Shown here: piece after piece, positions 43,060 to 54,320 of the stretch
How the letters are laid out: each line of letters begins with the position of its first letter
How positions within the stretch are numbered: position 1 is the first letter of the stretch
Origin: an uncultured Paraperlucidibaca sp.
GTDB taxonomy: Bacteria > Pseudomonadota > Gammaproteobacteria > Pseudomonadales > Moraxellaceae
DNA: 64,000 nt
Direction of reading: 5' to 3'
Assembly (NCBI GenBank): GCA_964569335.1
Contig: CAZMVL010000007.1
Location: 24,027-88,026, forward strand
Position numbers and translations under genes: made by a program
Notes under the pieces: model-generated
Told to the model about the DNA's origin: nothing
Seen by the model: the letters and a program-made list of their open reading frames with translations, nothing else
Databases searched by the model: none

Positions 43060-45507
43060 TTACATCAGCTTCAGGAATTCACGCAGCGCATATTTCTCCT
43101 GATCGCTCAGATCAACACCAAATTGATGTCCCTTGTTTTCAACCGGATCATCACAGGTCACAAATAATGGACGATGTGGATTAACCGAGGCAAAGGTTGC
43201 CACCGGCGTTCCGGCCTTGACCTTGATCTTGGGATAACCCTGCATATCTTCACGTGGCGTGATGTGCATGTCTTCGGTAGTGACCAGCGTTTTCTCCGGA
43301 CGGCTTGGTGAGACCTTGGGGTCATCAGACAACATCAGTTCGGCAAACGAGTTTTCAAACTGCTCAATGCGTCCTTTCACGGTGTAATCAGGCGAACCAT
43401 CCGGCAGGTACGTCACTTCGCCAATGGCGTTGTTGTGCATGAACGGTGCCGTTGCCCAGACCGACAACAGGGAAATATTACGCATATAACCCGGGCCACC
43501 TTCTACCTTGCGGGTGCCCACCTGCTTGCCGCCCAACAACGGAATCTTGCGATTCAGCACACGCGCAATGCTGCCGGGTGATGGCGAGTTCTTGTAGGTT
43601 TCTGACGAGAACTCTTCCCACACATTGCCCCTGTTGTGGTTATTGTGCATGGCACGGCACATATTGGTACCAATGACCGAGAACGGTGTGCGCTCATCAT
43701 TACCCAGCCAGTCCTGACCAAAAATACCATTCTCGGCAAACTGGCGAGGACGCAAACGGCCCTGCTTGTCTTTCGCCATGAAATTGGCGATGAACTGTGG
43801 ATCATTACGCTCGGCGTCGGTGTACTCCAGCTGCCAATAATCTTCGCTGCCAAAAACATGGCCATGATAGAAACGCTCCAGCGCCTCTTTATCACTGCGA
43901 ATATTCATTGGCGCCACCTTGGTGCTGTGACAGGTAGCGCAGTCACGCGCAAATACCTGACGACCTTCCGGAATAACGGCGGTATCAATGTGTGACTTGC
44001 CAGGTGTGCCATCAACGTCTTTCGATGCCAGCAAATAGGTCGGGCCGCCAGTCATCAGGAACAGTGCCAGATCATCCATCTTGGCATCGGCATAATTCCA
44101 GGCATCACAATCAGCCGCGCACTGCATGATGCGCATAGGACTTTGACCTACACCACGTCCGACATAACGTCCGGGATGCGCAAAATTAGGCACCCAGCAC
44201 TCTTCTGTACACAGACCGATATTCACGTACACACGAATCAGCGCCAGATGCTCACCCACGCTGTCTTCCGCACCTTTCAACACATGACGTGTTTTGGCAG
44301 TACTGATCTTGCCGGTGACCGGATCTTTCATTTCATGCTCAAACAGACGCTTGTTATGGAAGTCCATGATGTTGTTTTGCGTGCCCGGATTATGCATCCA
44401 GTCCGACGCCACCAATGAGGTATCAATGGTGCCAATACGACCACCTTTCAGAATCTGGCGAGCCGGACTATTGGTTGGCGCGCCATGGAAAAATGCATCC
44501 GGCTGCACAATATGCTGGTTACCAATGGTGGCGGTTAAATGCTCCCACTTGGGCTGATTGGGATTTTCCGGCGGATTGGTTGGGTCAAAACCAACGTGAC
44601 ACTGTACACAGGGATGACCAATGACAAAACGCTTGTTCTTGGCAATTTCATCTTCTTCATAAGGTGCTGTTGTGGGGTCATAAACCACATTGCCCTGCGC
44701 ATCCTTGATCGGATCGGTATAGTACTTGCGATAACCCAACACACCCGATGAATGCGGATCCTGGCACTTGTCATACCAGTTGGTAGAAGCATCGCCCTGT
44801 ACACAATCCGGGTCATTGATCAGACCCCACTTGCTGAAGCGATACGGACGCGTGCGCGTATCCAGCCAAGGGTAGTTCATGTTTTCCACGCCAACCACAC
44901 GAGACTGGTGCAGATAGTTTTCGTCCTGATTACCAAAGGTGCCCTTGTACCAGACATCACGACCACGACGGATCTGCTCGCGCAGCTCTTGTGCGCGAAC
45001 CGGATCTTTGGCTTCTACATCCTTGAACAGACCAGCGACATAACGACAGCCATCGGCGTCATAACCTGTTGGCTGTGCCTGATCGCAGGGCGGCGGAATA
45101 TATTGCGGAATGGGCTGATAGTCCCAGGTAACCGGGCCGCCACGTTTGTGGGTTTCAGGCGAAGTGCCCTCATGCCAGACCTTGCGGGCGGCCAATGTGG
45201 CGTAGAAATTTTCTTCAAACCACTGCTTGCGCTCGGTCCAGTATGGCGTGCCGGTATAAACACCGGTCGTCAGACCACGCTCGACCAGCTCGTCCACCGA
45301 CACACTGCGATTGATTGAGCGATATGGTGTGTCCGGCACAGCAACATTGCCCGTCGGCATATCGTAAATGGTCAGCGCCGGAACTTCGGGCACGGGAATC
45401 ACTGCGGGAACATCAGGAACACCGGGCGGTGCCGGTGGAATGGTAATAATCTGGTGTGCGACGCCGGCACCGGCCAATATCAACACTACATAAGCCAAAA
45501 TTTTCAT
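43060..45507 (-). CDS. Large exported di-heme c protein, RoxA/MauG/cytochrome c peroxidase superfamily-like
   Basis: Signal/TM plus Pro-rich linker; CVQCH (44596-44610), CATCH (43927-43941), SLLSVWATAPFMHNN, C-terminal NKGHQFG..LS..EK.ALREFLKLM. Confidence 0.75.
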   Translation of the reverse strand: MKILAYVVLILAGAGVAHQIITIPPAPPGVPDVPAVIPVPEVPALTIYDMPTGNVAVPDTPYRSINRSVSVDELVERGLTTGVYTGTPYWTERKQWFEENFYATLAARKVWHEGTSPETHKRGGPVTWDYQPIPQYIPPPCDQAQPTGYDADGCRYVAGLFKDVEAKDPVRAQELREQIRRGRDVWYKGTFGNQDENYLHQSRVVGVENMNYPWLDTRTRPYRFSKWGLINDPDCVQGDASTNWYDKCQDPHSSGVLGYRKYYTDPIKDAQGNVVYDPTTAPYEEDEIAKNKRFVIGHPCVQCHVGFDPTNPPENPNQPKWEHLTATIGNQHIVQPDAFFHGAPTNSPARQILKGGRIGTIDTSLVASDWMHNPGTQNNIMDFHNKRLFEHEMKDPVTGKISTAKTRHVLKGAEDSVGEHLALIRVYVNIGLCTEECWVPNFAHPGRYVGRGVGQSPMRIMQCAADCDAWNYADAKMDDLALFLMTGGPTYLLASKDVDGTPGKSHIDTAVIPEGRQVFARDCATCHSTKVAPMNIRSDKEALERFYHGHVFGSEDYWQLEYTDAERNDPQFIANFMAKDKQGRLRPRQFAENGIFGQDWLGNDERTPFSVIGTNMCRAMHNNHNRGNVWEEFSSETYKNSPSPGSIARVLNRKIPLLGGKQVGTRKVEGGPGYMRNISLLSVWATAPFMHNNAIGEVTYLPDGSPDYTVKGRIEQFENSFAELMLSDDPKVSPSRPEKTLVTTEDMHITPREDMQGYPKIKVKAGTPVATFASVNPHRPLFVTCDDPVENKGHQFGVDLSDQEKYALREFLKLM

Positions 45508-45574
45508 TGTTTACGACCCTCATCCCTTTTTTATTGGCACATCGTATGGGTAAAGCACCGACGTCTATGCGCTA

Positions 45575-45621
45575 ATTTGCACTATAGTACAAATATTATT
45601 GTGTGGTCAATAAGTAGTCAA
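45575..45621 (-). promoter_or_regulatory. Promoter(s) and palindromic operator of the cytochrome operon
   Basis: ATTTGCACTATAGTACAAAT palindrome (45575-45594); TTGACC-N18-TATAGT and TTGACT-N17-TAATAT on the minus strand. Confidence 0.6.
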
Positions 45622-45688
45622 TCCAACATTTGTACCAATAACACTATTAGCTTTGAGGATTTGGGAGTAGTTGAAAGCGACGGGCGGT

Positions 45689-45711
45689 TGGGTGGGCAGA
45701 CTGTCCACCCA
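45689..45711 (-). terminator. Hairpin after the esterase gene
   Basis: TGGGTGGGCAGACTGTCCACCCA, 5 nt after the stop of 45717..46790. Confidence 0.5.
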
Positions 45712-45716
45712 GAAAA

Positions 45717-46790
45717 TTACATTGAATTATGCATGGCCAGAAAATATTCACCCATCAGCTGCGCTGACCAGGAACGTGCCGACCAGCCCTCATAATGCGC
45801 ACAGTGGCTACCCTTGGCAGTGGTTACCAAAATAATGTTGGGCATCTGACGCATACCGTCCAGCCAGGGAGCAAGGTTGCCTATGCGACACACCGGGTCA
45901 TCTTCCGAATTAAGCAACATCACTGGCGTGCGGATGGCATGAAAAACATGCATAGGGTTGCTGGCCTGATCATAGGCTTCGTAACTATCGTACCCGGCCA
46001 GCTCATAGATATTGCGATGGAAGTCCGCCAGATCATCAGCCGCCTGCAAACGTGTAGCCGTGGGCAAATGTTCAATACGTGTCAGATTAGGTGTAATAAA
46101 CTGGCGCACCAGCTTTTTCGCCATCATTCGACTATAAAACGGCTGTGTCCGCTCAAAGCCAACATCGGTGTCATAACCGGGACAATATGCGAACGCTGCC
46201 CGGAATAGCGCTGCTTCACCTTCCTCGCCGAGATAGCGCGCCAACAGGCCAGAGCCTGCCGACGAACCCACACCGTACAGCGGAGACTCGGGGAAACGTG
46301 TGCGGATAACTTGCAATTGCTCGCGCAGGTCATCCGTACAACCAAGGATATTAAGACGCGGTGTGACTAGCGGCAGATCAGCGTGGCCACGCCGTAAACA
46401 GAGCACAATACGCCAACCAGTGACCGCGTGCAGATCATGCACCAACTCCGCCATACTGGCCGGACTACCCGTAATGGTGTGCAGCACCACAATAGTCGGT
46501 ATGGTGGGCGACAGATCATGACCGCACCAAAGTAGCGCCGTACGCCCACCATCACTCATGGTCAGCGCATCATGATGATCATAAAGCGTGATAGCCCGCT
46601 GCTTCTGTCGACTCAGGTTTTTGCGCAGACCATGAAAAATCAACTGCGCATGTGTGTTGAACAGCCAGGGGGTAGGCGTAAAATTTTCGTGCAACCGTCG
46701 CAACGAGCTCACGACATGACGATTATGTGGATTATCGTGACAGATCACCTGAGGCCTGTGCGTCGAAACATGCGCTTGTGCCATCGTCAC
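45717..46790 (-). CDS. YheT/ABHD-like alpha/beta hydrolase (esterase)
   Basis: GSSAG nucleophile, DDPVC Asp and GSHCA His; PTPWLFNTHAQ N-terminal motif. Confidence 0.82.
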   Translation of the reverse strand: MTMAQAHVSTHRPQVICHDNPHNRHVVSSLRRLHENFTPTPWLFNTHAQLIFHGLRKNLSRQKQRAITLYDHHDALTMSDGGRTALLWCGHDLSPTIPTIVVLHTITGSPASMAELVHDLHAVTGWRIVLCLRRGHADLPLVTPRLNILGCTDDLREQLQVIRTRFPESPLYGVGSSAGSGLLARYLGEEGEAALFRAAFAYCPGYDTDVGFERTQPFYSRMMAKKLVRQFITPNLTRIEHLPTATRLQAADDLADFHRNIYELAGYDSYEAYDQASNPMHVFHAIRTPVMLLNSEDDPVCRIGNLAPWLDGMRQMPNIILVTTAKGSHCAHYEGWSARSWSAQLMGEYFLAMHNSM

Positions 46791-47221
46791 GCTGCACCAC
46801 CCGCCAGTGCCTGCCCGATACGCTGCCCCATTTCACCAGCCAGTGCCTGCAAACCGCTAAGTGGGCGCACCATCACTTCAAACTCGACAATCTTGCCTTC
46901 CTCATCAAAGCGAATCATGTCGATACCCTTCAGCTCTCGACCAGCCACTTGAGCGCTGAATTCCAGCACCACACTAAAACCATCATCCGTAGCCAATTCA
47001 CGGTGATAGGTAAAGTTCTCGAAAACCTGTATCACGGTATTGAGGATCAGTGCCAATACCGGTGCAGATTCATAAGGCTTATGCATCGCCGGTGAGCGAA
47101 ACACAACATCGGATCGAGTGATATTTGCTAGGCCGGACAGATCTCGACGCGCGATCATGTCATGCCAAACGACTAACGAAGCGGCAACAGCAGGCTTTAG
47201 ATGCTGCGAAGCATTACTCAT
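46787..47221 (-). CDS. NTF2/SnoaL-like protein
   Basis: DVVFRSP..HKPY, FENFTYHR, LEFSA, GIDMIRF, FEVMVRPLSG. Confidence 0.82.
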   Translation of the reverse strand: MSNASQHLKPAVAASLVVWHDMIARRDLSGLANITRSDVVFRSPAMHKPYESAPVLALILNTVIQVFENFTYHRELATDDGFSVVLEFSAQVAGRELKGIDMIRFDEEGKIVEFEVMVRPLSGLQALAGEMGQRIGQALAGGAA

Positions 47222-47244
47222 GGTGTTTCTCCTGAAAACAAAGG

Positions 47245-49368
<2,124 letters not shown>

Positions 49369-49393
49369 TCATTGATTACCGGAATGTCGCCTC

Positions 49394-49939
49394 ATGTCAT
49401 TGCCTCACGCCCTGCTGACCTCACTACTTGAACGCCCCTGCTCCGGCCTGGAACTATCCAGACGCTTCGAGCGCTCCATTGGTTTTTTCTGGCCAGCTTC
49501 ACATCAGCAAATCTACAAAGAACTGGGAAGGCTGGAACACGCAGGATGGGTAGAGTCAACGGCAGAAGAAGGCGCCCGCGGACGCAAAAAACGTTATCGG
49601 GTATTGCCAGAAGGCAAGAAAGAATTACAACGCTGGGTGCAACAAGCTGAAGATGCCTCACCGCTACGCGATGCACTAATGGTCAGACTACGTGCCGAGG
49701 CCGTGCTTGGTTCTGCCGATGTGATCAACGACCTGCGCCATCGTCTGGCACAACATCGTCATCGACTGGCCATTTATCAGGAAATTGAACAACGTGATTT
49801 TGCCAACCGCGAATTATCACGCGCCGAGCAATTGCAATATCTGGTGTTGCAGTCTGGTTTGGCGACCGAGGCTACTCAGGCCGAGTTTTGTGAACGGGCA
49901 TTGACGTTGTTGGTTTCATGGGGAGATATAAAGGTCTGA
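49394..49939 (+). CDS. PadR-family transcriptional regulator
   Basis: MSLPHALL..L, GFFWPASHQQIY.EL..LE..GWV, KKRY; helical C-terminal domain. Confidence 0.9.
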   Translation: MSLPHALLTSLLERPCSGLELSRRFERSIGFFWPASHQQIYKELGRLEHAGWVESTAEEGARGRKKRYRVLPEGKKELQRWVQQAEDASPLRDALMVRLRAEAVLGSADVINDLRHRLAQHRHRLAIYQEIEQRDFANRELSRAEQLQYLVLQSGLATEATQAEFCERALTLLVSWGDIKV

Positions 49940-49953
49940 GTTAATGCTTGCCA

Positions 49954-51321
49954 TCACTTCCCAATACAAAAGCTGGAAAAAATCTTCCCCAACAAATCAT
50001 CCGACGTGAACACGCCAGTAATTTCAGACAATGCCCCCTGGGCCAAACGCAAGTCCTCGGCAGCCAGTTCACCAGCATAATGTTCCACCAGTGCAATACG
50101 TGTCTGAACCAGGTGTTGCTGAGTCAACTCCAGCGCAGCCAAATGGCGGCGGCGCGCACTGAATCCACCCTCATGGCTACCGACATAACCCATCAGCTGT
50201 TTAAGCTCCTGCTTCAGCAATTCCAGACCCGCACCGCTTTTGGCCGATAACTGCACCTGCTTGAACGAACGCTGCTGAACAACATGATCATTCACTACCG
50301 GTGTTTTGCCCGACAAATCACATTTATTGGCCACCAATAGCAAACGTGGTGGCAATTCGGGGAAAAAATTAGCTAACGTTTTTTCGGGTTTTTCCTGAGT
50401 TTGATTACTGTCATACACAAACAACACGCAATCAGCCTTGGCCACTTCCTGATAAGCGCGACGTATCCCTTCCTGTTCCACCACGTCGGGGCTATCTCTT
50501 AGGCCGGCGGTATCAATCACATGAATTGGCAGGCCATCAATCTGAATATGTTCGCGCAACACATCCCGTGTGGTACCGGCAATTTCCGTCACAATGGCTA
50601 CGTCATTGCCAGCCAGCGCATTAAGCAAACTGGATTTGCCAGCATTGGGACTACCGGCAATCACAACCCGCATACCATCTCTGAGCAAAACGCCCTGTTT
50701 GGCTTCAATCAGCACAGCCTGCAAAGCAGTTTCCACTTCATCCAACAAGGACAAAATCTGCCCATCGGCCAGAAAATCAATTTCTTCTTCCGGAAAATCA
50801 ATGGCAGCTTCCACATACAAACGCAAGGTAATCAGTGATTCAAGCAAGGTATTGATACGAGTTGAAAACGCACCCTGCAACGACTGCACAGCCGATCTGG
50901 CCGCCTGCTGACTACCAGCATCAATCAAGTCAGCAATAGCTTCAGCCTGCGCCAAATCCAGTTTGTTATTCAGGAATGCTCTTTCAGAAAATTCGCCAGG
51001 TCTGGCCAGTCTGGCGCCTAAGCGCAAACAGGTTTGTAAAATCAGATCCAGGACAACCGGGCCACCATGTCCTTGCAGCTCGATGACATCTTCGCCGGTA
51101 AATGAGTTGGGCGCCTGAAAATACAGCAGCAAGCCCTCATCCAGCAGCGCGCCTGTTTCATCATGGAATTTGGCAAACAGCGCCTGTCTGACCGGAAGAT
51201 GATTGCGCTGACTGGTTGTAACAGTCAGCGCAATATCATGTGCCAGTGGACCTGAAATCCGAATGATGCCGATACCACCACGGCCAGGCGCCGTGGCTAT
51301 TGCTGCAATGGTATCGGCCAT
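49954..51321 (-). CDS. mnmE: tRNA modification GTPase MnmE
   Basis: [27 protein letters not shown]. Confidence 0.97.
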   Translation of the reverse strand: MADTIAAIATAPGRGGIGIIRISGPLAHDIALTVTTSQRNHLPVRQALFAKFHDETGALLDEGLLLYFQAPNSFTGEDVIELQGHGGPVVLDLILQTCLRLGARLARPGEFSERAFLNNKLDLAQAEAIADLIDAGSQQAARSAVQSLQGAFSTRINTLLESLITLRLYVEAAIDFPEEEIDFLADGQILSLLDEVETALQAVLIEAKQGVLLRDGMRVVIAGSPNAGKSSLLNALAGNDVAIVTEIAGTTRDVLREHIQIDGLPIHVIDTAGLRDSPDVVEQEGIRRAYQEVAKADCVLFVYDSNQTQEKPEKTLANFFPELPPRLLLVANKCDLSGKTPVVNDHVVQQRSFKQVQLSAKSGAGLELLKQELKQLMGYVGSHEGGFSARRRHLAALELTQQHLVQTRIALVEHYAGELAAEDLRLAQGALSEITGVFTSDDLLGKIFSSFCIGK

Positions 51322-51324
51322 GGC

Positions 51325-53073
51325 TTATTTCGCTATTTCAGCCTTGGCTGCCGATTTTTCAATCTGACGGGTAATGATCCACTGCTGAGCAATGGACAAC
51401 ACGTTGTTGACCAACCAGTACAGCACCAGACCTGCCGGGAACCACAGGAAGAAAATGGTGAATACAATCGGCATAAACTTCATGACCTTGGCTTGCATCG
51501 GGTCAATCGGTGTCGGGTTCAGCATTTGCTGAAGATACATCGAAACACCCATCAACAGCGGCAGCACAAAGTAAGGATCCATCAAGGACAAATCCTTGAT
51601 CCACAACAGCCAACCGGCATGACGCAGTTCAACTGATTCCATCAAGGTCCAGTACAGGGCAATGAATACCGGCATCTGTACCAGAATGGGCAAACAGCCA
51701 CCCAGCGGATTGATTTTTTCCTTTTTGTAAAGCTCCATCATGGCTTGCGACAATTTGGCACGATCATCACCAAACTTTTCTTTCATGCGCTGCATTTCGG
51801 GCATGACGCGACGCATGTTCGCCATTGAGCGATAGCTGGTAGCGGACAGATGGAAAAACGCCGCCTTGACCAGTACAGTCAGCGCAATGATTGACCAACC
51901 CCAGTTACCAATAAAACCATTCAAGGTTTTCAGTACCCAGAACAGGAACTGTGCAATAGGCCACAACCAGCCATAATCAACGGTTAATTCCAGACCAGGA
52001 GACAAGGCTTCCAAGCGATCCTGCAATTTAGGACCTGCATAGAACTGGGAATTGATGGTACCTACTTTGCCTGCTTCAACCACCAAAGGAGAGCCGGTAA
52101 AACCAATGAAGTTTTCACCAGTTGCTTCATTGGTACGAGTGCTGATGGTATTGCGGGTATTGCTGTCAGGAACCCAGGCAGACACAAAATAATGTTGCAC
52201 CATGGCCGCCCAACCGCCATCAACGGTGACACGTTCACCTTTTTTGGCGAAATCACTCAGTGATAATTTGTTATAGCTCTTTTCCGGCGTCCACCAGGCA
52301 CCACCCAGGAAAGTGATCATGCCAAATGAGTGATTATCCGAGCTGGGGTCCTTGCTGTTGTCACGCTTGATCTGACCAAATGGAACACCTGTCCAGGCCA
52401 TGGAACTATTGTTGTGAATAGCTTGTATGACATCAAACTGATATTGGCCACGATGAAAGCGATAGGTTTTATGAACCTCAATACCTTCAGGTGTTTGTGT
52501 AATCAGTACCACATCCAGGCTGTCCTGACCTTCTACCAATTCAAATGTCGCGGCATTTGCCTTGTAAACAGGTCGACCTTGCGCATGATCATCCAAGCCG
52601 GACAACACATTGCTTAAACCAGGCACTACGGCCTTGACCAGACCACTTTGTGCCACGTAGTTCAGTTGATGAGTTCTGTCCATCAACACAAAAGGTGTCT
52701 CATCACCCACAGCACGTGTGTATTGCTTTAACGCTACACGGACAATATCGCCACCAATGGGGTCAATATTGATCTCAAAAACATCTGTTTTAACCCTGAT
52801 TAACTGGTTAATTGATGTTGTTTGTTCAACAGCAGCAGGCACCGAAGTAATGACTTCCGGTATGGCACTGACAGTCGCAACAGGCAATTCAGCATTGGTT
52901 TCTGCAACATCTGGGATAACCGATAGTGATGAATCCACTACTGCTTCAGCTTCAGCAACTATTGGTGTGCTTTCTTCAGCCGGTTTATTACCGTAATCCT
53001 GTTGCCAGGTTAAAAACATGAAGTAGGTCACTGTTGCCAGCGCGACCATGATTAACGTACGACGAAATTCCAT
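51325..53073 (-). CDS. yidC: Membrane protein insertase YidC
   Basis: VDYGWL, NPLGGCLP..QMP, WFPAGLVLYW. Confidence 0.97.
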   Translation of the reverse strand: MEFRRTLIMVALATVTYFMFLTWQQDYGNKPAEESTPIVAEAEAVVDSSLSVIPDVAETNAELPVATVSAIPEVITSVPAAVEQTTSINQLIRVKTDVFEINIDPIGGDIVRVALKQYTRAVGDETPFVLMDRTHQLNYVAQSGLVKAVVPGLSNVLSGLDDHAQGRPVYKANAATFELVEGQDSLDVVLITQTPEGIEVHKTYRFHRGQYQFDVIQAIHNNSSMAWTGVPFGQIKRDNSKDPSSDNHSFGMITFLGGAWWTPEKSYNKLSLSDFAKKGERVTVDGGWAAMVQHYFVSAWVPDSNTRNTISTRTNEATGENFIGFTGSPLVVEAGKVGTINSQFYAGPKLQDRLEALSPGLELTVDYGWLWPIAQFLFWVLKTLNGFIGNWGWSIIALTVLVKAAFFHLSATSYRSMANMRRVMPEMQRMKEKFGDDRAKLSQAMMELYKKEKINPLGGCLPILVQMPVFIALYWTLMESVELRHAGWLLWIKDLSLMDPYFVLPLLMGVSMYLQQMLNPTPIDPMQAKVMKFMPIVFTIFFLWFPAGLVLYWLVNNVLSIAQQWIITRQIEKSAAKAEIAK

Positions 53074-53076
53074 GCC

Positions 53077-53325
53077 TTAGGTTTCCTGTTTTGAAGCAGG
53101 TGAAAAAGAAAATGTTTCGGGTACCGGATCATACCCTCCCTCATAACCCGGATGACAGCGTAAAAGCCGTCTTGATGCTAAATAACCACCACGCATGACC
53201 CCAAATCGTTGTATGGCTTCTTCAGCGTATGCCGAACATGAAGGGTAATAACGACAACGAGGCCCCAACAATGGGCTGATCGCATAACGATATAAACGAA
53301 TCGGTAAAATCATCAATATTTTCAT
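53077..53325 (-). CDS. yidD: Membrane protein insertion efficiency factor YidD
   Basis: [15 protein letters not shown]...GGYDPVP. Confidence 0.95.
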   Translation of the reverse strand: MKILMILPIRLYRYAISPLLGPRCRYYPSCSAYAEEAIQRFGVMRGGYLASRRLLRCHPGYEGGYDPVPETFSFSPASKQET

Positions 53326-53702
53326 GATGTTATTTGTACGATTGTTTTGTTGTATCGCTTGGCAAGATGCAAAAAAGCGGCTTTACCACTGCTTTGAAGC
53401 TGATCATTATCAAGTTCAGCCAGATTGCTTTTGGCCAGGAACACAATATCAAGCGGAGGGAGGTCGTTTTGCAGTAACCGAAAGGTTTCACGCATGCAGC
53501 GTTTGATACGATTGCGTTGTACTGCCAGTTTGACCCGTTTTTTAGCGACGATAAAACCAAGTCTTGGCGAGTTTTTTCCTGTTGCTGTTGCCAGCAGCAG
53601 GAACTTGTCCTGACTGCTTTTAACTTCAGCGTTTTCCATGATTTGTTTAAATTCAGCGGGTTTTAACAACCTTGCTGATTTGGGAAAACGCTGATTATTC
53701 AC
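53322..53702 (-). CDS. rnpA: Ribonuclease P protein
   Basis: RLL...[18 protein letters not shown]. Confidence 0.95.
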   Translation of the reverse strand: MNNQRFPKSARLLKPAEFKQIMENAEVKSSQDKFLLLATATGKNSPRLGFIVAKKRVKLAVQRNRIKRCMRETFRLLQNDLPPLDIVFLAKSNLAELDNDQLQSSGKAAFLHLAKRYNKTIVQITS

Positions 53703-53707
53703 GACAC

Positions 53708-53842
53708 TCAGACAGTCAGACGCTTACGGCCCTTGGCACGACGACGTGCAAGAACGGCACGTCCGTTTTTAGTGGACATACGCTCACGGAAACCGTGGGT
53801 GCGTTTTTGTTTGATTGTGCTTGGTTGAAAAGTGCGTTTCAT
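53708..53842 (-). CDS. rpmH: 50S ribosomal protein L34 (absent from the ORF track)
   Basis: Manual translation [44 protein letters not shown]. Confidence 0.98.
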   Translation of the reverse strand: MKRTFQPSTIKQKRTHGFRERMSTKNGRAVLARRRAKGRKRLTV

Positions 53843-53890
53843 GATCGTTGACCTGATACCAGTTAGCCCTGATGGGCACAGAGGGAGGCG

Positions 53891-53919
53891 ATTCTATTGA
53901 TGAGCCTTGATGTTGTCAA
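53891..53919 (-). promoter_or_regulatory. Sigma70 promoter of rpmH
   Basis: TTGACA-N17-TAGAAT on the minus strand. Confidence 0.85.
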
Positions 53920-54000
53920 TTATTTCCTCAGTTTAGGATCTGAATTCAGGGTTTGTTTTTAGGTTGTCAACAAAGTGGATTTTGGAGTTCTTTGATTGCA

Positions 54001-54317
54001 CTAATAAATATAAAGATAAGAAGAAAAGCATGTAGTGATGATAGTAGTGTTCACAATTTTCTGTTGATAAGTCATTTTTTAATATAAAAATCATGTATTT
54101 ATATCGTATTGAAAGCTGTGATAAAGCCCTGTTTTTAGTTAGTGACAAACATTGTGGAACATGTGGATAAGTTGAGGTTGTGGACTTATCCATAATCCAT
54201 CCACTAAGCTTGACTAATTTAGTACACCGTTTTATCCACAGGCTGTGATTGCTTGTGGATAAAACACTGGCGAAGCATAAATTCCCTGCGTAGAATGCCA
54301 TTTTTGTTTGTGGATAG
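54001..54317. other. Chromosomal replication origin oriC
   Basis: Perfect DnaA boxes at 54162-54170, 54232-54240 and 54254-54262; 1-mismatch boxes at 54062-54070, 54186-54194 and 54309-54317; AT-rich tracts; + strand switches from C/A-rich to G/T-rich around here. Confidence 0.88.
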
Positions 54318-54320
54318 ATT

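Noticed and set aside
53933..54301. 122-aa minus-strand ORF in the rpmH-dnaA gap
   Set aside because: It lies over the DnaA boxes and AT-rich origin, and has no recognisable protein features.
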